Shown: one piece after another, positions 59,536 through 64,000 of the stretch | Layout: each line of letters begins with the position of its first letter | How positions within the stretch are numbered: position 1 is the stretch's first letter | Source of the DNA: an uncultured delta proteobacterium | GTDB lineage: Bacteria > Desulfobacterota > Binatia > DP-6 | Direction: 5' to 3' | Length of the DNA stretch: 64,000 nt | Assembly (NCBI GenBank): GCA_963811605.1 | Contig: CAWESA010000006.1 | Coordinates: 837 to 64,836, forward strand | Notes under the pieces: generated by a model | The model's database searches: none | Told to the model about the DNA's origin: nothing | The model's input: only the letters and a program-made list of their open reading frames with translations | Made by a program: the position numbers and the translations under genes

Positions 59536-60618
59536 CGTCGCGTCGACGCCCACACCGGAAGTGGTCGCTCCGCCCCGAAGCGGCGTGGCCGCAAACCGCG
59601 ATCGGCAGCCGCGGATCCCCAGGGGACTTGACGGCGCTCGACACCGATCCCAGATGAAAATTGTCGTCAACCAAGCAGGAGGATGGTTGATAGCATGATG
59701 CCACCGAAGAATTCCGAGTTGCCGACCACTTGGCATCGGCAACTGAGCGCATAGTCCAAGATTTCGCTCGGCAAATATTTCTGAGCGCGAAGCGCAGCTT
59801 CATAGGGACCCCCGCCTGACAACCCGGGCTGATGCTCCGTGTTGCGCGGGGGTCTTTCGTTATCGAAGGTCTCATTGGACGGATACACGGAGTTGAGCAA
59901 TGGGAGGTCAGCCCGGAAAGCCAAAGCCGCCAGGCAACCCGCCGGTACGACAGGAACCGCAGCGGCCTCAGCCGATTGAGGAGCCGCCGCGGCCGCTTCC
60001 GGTACCGCCGGTGGAACGGCCGCCCTTTCCAATCCAGGCGTCTAATTTGACCTGATGAAAATGCAGAGAATGCCGCAACGGGTCTGGGAGAATGCGAATG
60101 GCCACCACATCGCCAAGGCGTATCCACAGACGGTACACACGCGAGAAGGCGACAATCGACCACCTGGTCAAAGAATGCTACGAAGCAAAGGTCCCGGAAC
60201 GGCGCGTTCACAGCTCTAGAACCGAGAGCGGCCAATCGGTCGAAGAACAGGTTCGCAAGGAGTGGAGCCCGAGTAAGGGTGGACTGCCAGTCTTCTGAAC
60301 GCGCTTTGCTCATCAGCGCGGACCTTCAGAGCATACGGCAGGCAGGCTCTTTGCGCTTGCTTCCGTCGAGATCGATCCTGATGGCAGCAGGCCGATAGCT
60401 CGCGGATCATAGTGATACCGGATAATTACGTAGAGGATCGATGAGGTTTGACGCCCCGGTCGTTGTAAACGACAGCAAGGGGGGCGGGAGCCCCCCTTGC
60501 TGTCCGGGAGATCCCCTTTTTGCCAGGCAACACATGCAGGCGGGGCCGTTTTGTCGGGTTGTCTGCATAGAATAATGAAGACCTTGCGCACCCACCTGGC
60601 CGAACGAGGAGGAACGGA

Positions 60619-60750
60619 ATGGCCCGCCGCAGCCCGCCCCGCAAAGTCAAGTTTTTCGAACCGGTGCCGCCGCGCTTCGAGCGTAACACCATCATCGAAT
60701 CGAGGTTCGAGGTCATCGGGTCCAATCCCGGTCAGCTGGATCGATCGTGA
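60619..60750 (+). pseudogene. 43-aa 5' stub of a small hypothetical protein (paralogue of 63721-63990)
   Basis: GAGGAGG RBS; MARRSPPRKVKFFEPVPPRFERNTIIESRFEV shares RNTIIES[RT]FEV with the ORF at the window end. Confidence 0.5.
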
Positions 60751-60766
60751 AACCGCGGAGGCCGCC

Positions 60767-61246
60767 ATGGCAAACACGCGCGAGCATCGCTATGCAGTGT
60801 CGCTGACCTGGAACGGTAATATCGGTAGCGGCACCTCGGGCTATCGAGACTATTCCCGCAGTTTCGAGATCGGCGCGGATGGCAAGCCGGCCATTCAGGG
60901 CTCCGCTGACCCGGCCTTTCGCGGAGATCCCTCCCGCTGGAACCCGGAAGAGCTGCTCGTTGCGTCGCTCTCGGCTTGCCACAAGCTCTGGTATCTCCAC
61001 CTTGCCGCCGAAGCCGGGATCATCGTGACAGCCTATGCCGATCGAGCCGAGGGCGTAATGGAAGTGGGGCGAGACGGCGTTGGCCGGTTTACAAGCGTAG
61101 TGCTGCACCCAACCGTGACCGTGGCGGCGGGCAGCGACCTAGGCCGGGCACGAACTCTCCACAAACCCGCGCACGAGAAGTGCTTCATTGCCAATTCTGT
61201 AAATTTCCCTGTCGGGTGCGAGCCGGAGATCGTTGTAGCCGGCTAA
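60767..61246 (+). CDS. OsmC/Ohr-family protein
   Basis: GSADPAFRGDP..WNPEELL..SLSACHKLWYL and AHEKCFIANSV (both Cys present); GGAGG RBS. Confidence 0.9.
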   Translation: MANTREHRYAVSLTWNGNIGSGTSGYRDYSRSFEIGADGKPAIQGSADPAFRGDPSRWNPEELLVASLSACHKLWYLHLAAEAGIIVTAYADRAEGVMEVGRDGVGRFTSVVLHPTVTVAAGSDLGRARTLHKPAHEKCFIANSVNFPVGCEPEIVVAG

Positions 61247-61720
61247 GCGGCACGAGGGAGCACTGAGCGGGTGAAGGTCCTCCAACAGGCGCCGCCGCCT
61301 GCCGACCAGGAGCGGGCGACCCAGGGAAGAACAGCCCAGGAGGAGGACATCCCTGGCGCCGCCCAGCAAATGAGGGGCTTGGACCGCTGGGAAACACCAA
61401 ACCCACGGATTGATCCTACCCACCGAGCGTCAATGCGATGTCCGTGGGCAACAGGGTGGCGCCGCATCGGCGGCGTTGGAATCGGAGATCATAACGTTAC
61501 GCAGCGCTCTCGCCAGTGCCCGAGATGTAGGAAGGGCGGCCCTGGCCGCGCCACGAACCGACCTCACAACGGTGCCAGAAGGGCCCTCTTCTCCCGCTCG
61601 TTGGCCAGGGGAGGACGCGGTTCGCCTGAACCGCGTGTCGCAGAATAGGTAACCGATAGCACCGGCCGGCGCCACCGGCTAACCTCCGCCTCCAGACACG
61701 ACCCAGCAAGGGAGAGGGAC

Positions 61721-62557
61721 ATGCATTTCGGCGGGGCGATGTTCTTTACCGATTATTCAATGTCGGCGCCTGAGCTTGCCCGCGCGCTGGAGGAGCGCGG
61801 TTTCGAGTCAGTCTGGGCGCCCGAGCACTCGCATATCCCGCTGTCGCGCAAGACGCCGTTTCCGGGAGGCGGCGAGCTGCCGAAACCGTACTACGACGCC
61901 ATGGACCCGTTCGTAGTGCTGGCCGCGGCCGCACAGGCCACCAGGAAAATCAAACTTGGGACCGGCGTGGCGCTCATTCAGCAGCGCGACGCGATCCAAA
62001 CCGCCAAACTGGTCGCCTCGATCGACCAGGCAAGCCAGGGACGGTTCCTGTTCGGCATCGGCGGCGGCTGGAACCAGGACGAAATGGAAGACCATGGCAC
62101 CGTCTATGCGACGCGCTTCAAGCGGGTGCGCAAATCCATCGAGGCGATGAAGGAAATCTGGACGAAGGAGAAGGCGGAATATCACGGCGAGTTCATCAAT
62201 TTCGACCCGATGATCGCCGGGCCGAAACCGGTTCAAAAACCGCACCCGCCGATCCATGTCGGCGGCGCTTTCCCGCATGGCGCACGGCGCGCAATCCGCT
62301 ATGGCGATGGTTGGATTCCAGGTGGCGATATCCGCGAGGTCCTGCCGAAATTCCGTGAGATAGCGCGGGAAGCTGGCCGCGACGCGGCTGGCATCGAGAT
62401 CACCTCGTTCGCGCTCGGCGAGGATCTCGACCGGGTGAAGCGCCTCAATGAAATGGGCGTGACCCGCGTGGTGCCGATGTTCCCGCCCGAGAAGGCCGAC
62501 AAGGTGCTGCCGATCGTCGAGCGGTGGACGAAAATCATGCAGCAGGTCAACGGCTAG
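61721..62557 (+). CDS. LLM-class (luciferase-like, probably F420-dependent) oxidoreductase
   Basis: EERGFESVWAPEHSHIP, DPFV.LAAAA, KLGTGV, GRFLFGIGGGWN, PKPVQKPHPPI. Confidence 0.9.
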   Translation: MHFGGAMFFTDYSMSAPELARALEERGFESVWAPEHSHIPLSRKTPFPGGGELPKPYYDAMDPFVVLAAAAQATRKIKLGTGVALIQQRDAIQTAKLVASIDQASQGRFLFGIGGGWNQDEMEDHGTVYATRFKRVRKSIEAMKEIWTKEKAEYHGEFINFDPMIAGPKPVQKPHPPIHVGGAFPHGARRAIRYGDGWIPGGDIREVLPKFREIAREAGRDAAGIEITSFALGEDLDRVKRLNEMGVTRVVPMFPPEKADKVLPIVERWTKIMQQVNG

Positions 62558-62594
62558 ATCGGAACGAGAGGTCGATTGCGGATGGAGGCGTGTC

Positions 62595-62693
62595 GTGCCT
62601 GAAGACGTGGCGCGACCGCTCGCCAGACGCCGGCGCGCCGAAGCGACGGCGCTGCCGGCTTGGATCAAACCGCAACTCACCAGACTGGTCGAC
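62595..62693 (+). pseudogene. 5' stub of an ATP-dependent DNA ligase (LigD-like ligase domain), ending at repeat copy 2
   Basis: ALPAWIKPQLTRLVD is the usual lead-in to P.G..WLHEIK.DGYR, which is absent. Confidence 0.6.
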
Positions 62694-62694
62694 A

Positions 62695-62734
62695 ACTCTC
62701 CGCGGGAGGGAGGCGAATTCGAACCATCGGTCCC
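62695..62734 (-). repeat. tRNA-3'-end-like dispersed repeat, copy 2
   Basis: Minus strand: GGGACCGATGGTTCGAATTCGCCTCCCTCCCGCGGAGAGT. Confidence 0.65.
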
Positions 62735-62874
62735 TGTCGTACGACCAGTACCCGAATGGCTTGAAAAAGGAGCCAGAGCTTTGTGCGCATGGAGCCGAGA
62801 GGCGTGCGCATCCGTGAAATGCGCGGGCGGAGCCGCTATCCTGACAATCGAATGGTTAGACGGGGACCGATGTC

Positions 62875-63516
62875 ATGCCCGAGCGCTTTACCGAAACTAT
62901 GCGCGCCGCGAGTGAGGCTGGTTGGTCGCACGCTGTGCAGCACCGCTTTGTGAATGAGCTATTCGCCGGAGCTGTGCCCGATGCGGTGATGGCGCGTTAT
63001 CTCATTCAGGACCACCGCTTTCTCGACAGTTTCTTGGTTCTGCTCGGTGCGGCGCTTGCCAGCGCCGACACATTCGCGGCCAGGCTGCGCTTTGGTCGCT
63101 TCATCGGCATGGTGTCGGCCGAGGAAAACACCTATTTCCTTCGGGCGTTCGAAGCGCTCGGCGTCACCAAGTCCAGGCGCGCAGCCGATCCCGATACGCA
63201 GCCGACCATAGGCTTCAAGGCGATCATGCGCGAAGCGGCGGATACGCGCAGCTATGCGGCCGCGCTTTCGGTCCTGGTGGTGGCCGAATGGCTGTATCTC
63301 GATTGGGCCTCCGGTGCGCCGCAGCCGCTGCCGAACAACTTCGTACACGCGGAGTGGATCACGCTGCACGACAATTCGAATTTTCGTGGGTTCGTCGATT
63401 TCCTGCGCACCGAGTTGGACCGTGTCGGCCCGGCGCACGCAGATCTGTGCCGCGACTTCTTTTCTCGCGCTGTGGCGCTCGAACTCTCCTTTTTCGAAGC
63501 CGCCTATACGACCTGA
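62875..63516 (+). CDS. tenA: TenA-family protein (TenA_E-like, no catalytic Cys)
   Basis: W...VQHRFV, YLIQDHRF, EENTYF, VAEWLYLDW, EWI.LH, ELSFFE. Confidence 0.8.
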   Translation: MPERFTETMRAASEAGWSHAVQHRFVNELFAGAVPDAVMARYLIQDHRFLDSFLVLLGAALASADTFAARLRFGRFIGMVSAEENTYFLRAFEALGVTKSRRAADPDTQPTIGFKAIMREAADTRSYAAALSVLVVAEWLYLDWASGAPQPLPNNFVHAEWITLHDNSNFRGFVDFLRTELDRVGPAHADLCRDFFSRAVALELSFFEAAYTT

Positions 63517-63620
63517 GTTCTCCTGAGGATCTCGGCACCGCTTAGGCGGAATAAACGACACCCTGGGAACTTCACGGCTGCAACAGATTAAGTGGCCAAG
63601 GTGGCGATGGCCGCTTTCGC

Positions 63621-63672
63621 GGAACCGATGGTTCGAATCCGGCTTCCTCCACCAGCGAGTCTGCTGCGAACC
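63621..63672 (+). repeat. tRNA-3'-end-like dispersed repeat, copy 3
   Basis: GGAACCGATGGTTCGAATCCGGCTTCCTCCACCAGCGAGTCTGCTGCGAACC. Confidence 0.65.
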
Positions 63673-63720
63673 CCTCCGGCGGCGTGTTCGGCGATCAGCG
63701 ACAATCTTTAACCTCGCGAG

Positions 63721-63990
63721 GGTGAGCACCGCCGGTCCACCCGCCTCGCGCGCAACACCATCATCGAGTCGACGTTCGAGGTCGGCCGCCGCTTCCGCTG
63801 CACGATGCGCGTCGATTGCGGCCAGCTCGACCCCGGCGCGGTGATCCGGCCGGTGCCCGGCGAATGGCAACCGCGTATGCCCGAGCAGCTCGACGAAGAG
63901 GAGCTCGCGGACTGGCGCGCCGGCCGCAATGCGGTCTATCAGCTCGCCGCTCTCACGATCGGCGCGCGCCTCGCGGTCGCCGACGCATAA
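63721..63990 (+). CDS. Small hypothetical protein, probably missing its 5' end
   Basis: Open frame ...RNTIIESTFEVGRRFRCTMRVDCG...EELADWRAGRNAVYQLAAL...*; strong GC3 bias; no clear start upstream of the shared motif. Confidence 0.5.
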   Translation, partial: GEHRRSTRLARNTIIESTFEVGRRFRCTMRVDCGQLDPGAVIRPVPGEWQPRMPEQLDEEELADWRAGRNAVYQLAALTIGARLAVADA

Positions 63991-64000
63991 AGGACGGCCG

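Noticed and set aside
59660-60600. Short ORFs in this stretch
   Set aside because: No recognisable family motifs or consistent coding bias; left unannotated.
62760-62874. TPP riboswitch upstream of tenA
   Set aside because: The conserved GCTGAGA and CCTGAT...AATGC...GTAGG elements are not present.
59330-63672. tRNA genes at the GGTTCGAATCC motifs
   Set aside because: Only degenerate T-arm and 3' sequence is present; no D arm, anticodon arm or CCA. Reported as repeats instead.
1-64000. CRISPR array or rRNA
   Set aside because: No regularly spaced repeat-spacer series, cas genes or rRNA-like stretches seen.

Overview
The window has two very different parts joined abruptly at about 48547. Left part (1-48546): very GC-rich and gene-dense, with DUF1302/DUF1329/YCF48/RND, DUF4215, Thr-rich linker and GST/hydrolase genes, a repertoire typical of Binatia-like deltaproteobacteria (inference). 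It carries envelope-modification genes, a tetraheme cytochrome-HAMP-beta-barrel trio, a 10.6 kb DUF1302-YCF48-RND-GldAFG-like ABC-DUF4340-DUF1329 transport locus, a TetR-haloalkane dehalogenase-GST operon, a 1124-aa GH/DUF4215/LVIVD/SGNH protein whose SGNH serine is replaced, and a sulfatase-microprotein-TauE operon. A 15-bp TGCA-N7-TGCA site lies 17-21 nt upstream of four different operons, suggesting an undescribed local regulon. Right part (48547-64000): visibly less GC-rich and alphaproteobacterial-like (MucR fragment). It starts with a half-deleted IS1634 and holds a frameshift-rich sugar-oxidation cluster, many gene fragments, three tRNA-3'-end-like dispersed repeats and a glycogen-debranching gene remnant that appears excised, circularly permuted and re-inserted inverted. 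The junction may be an assembly chimera. I found no rRNA, complete tRNA or CRISPR array. All family calls come from motif recognition by eye, not from database searches.
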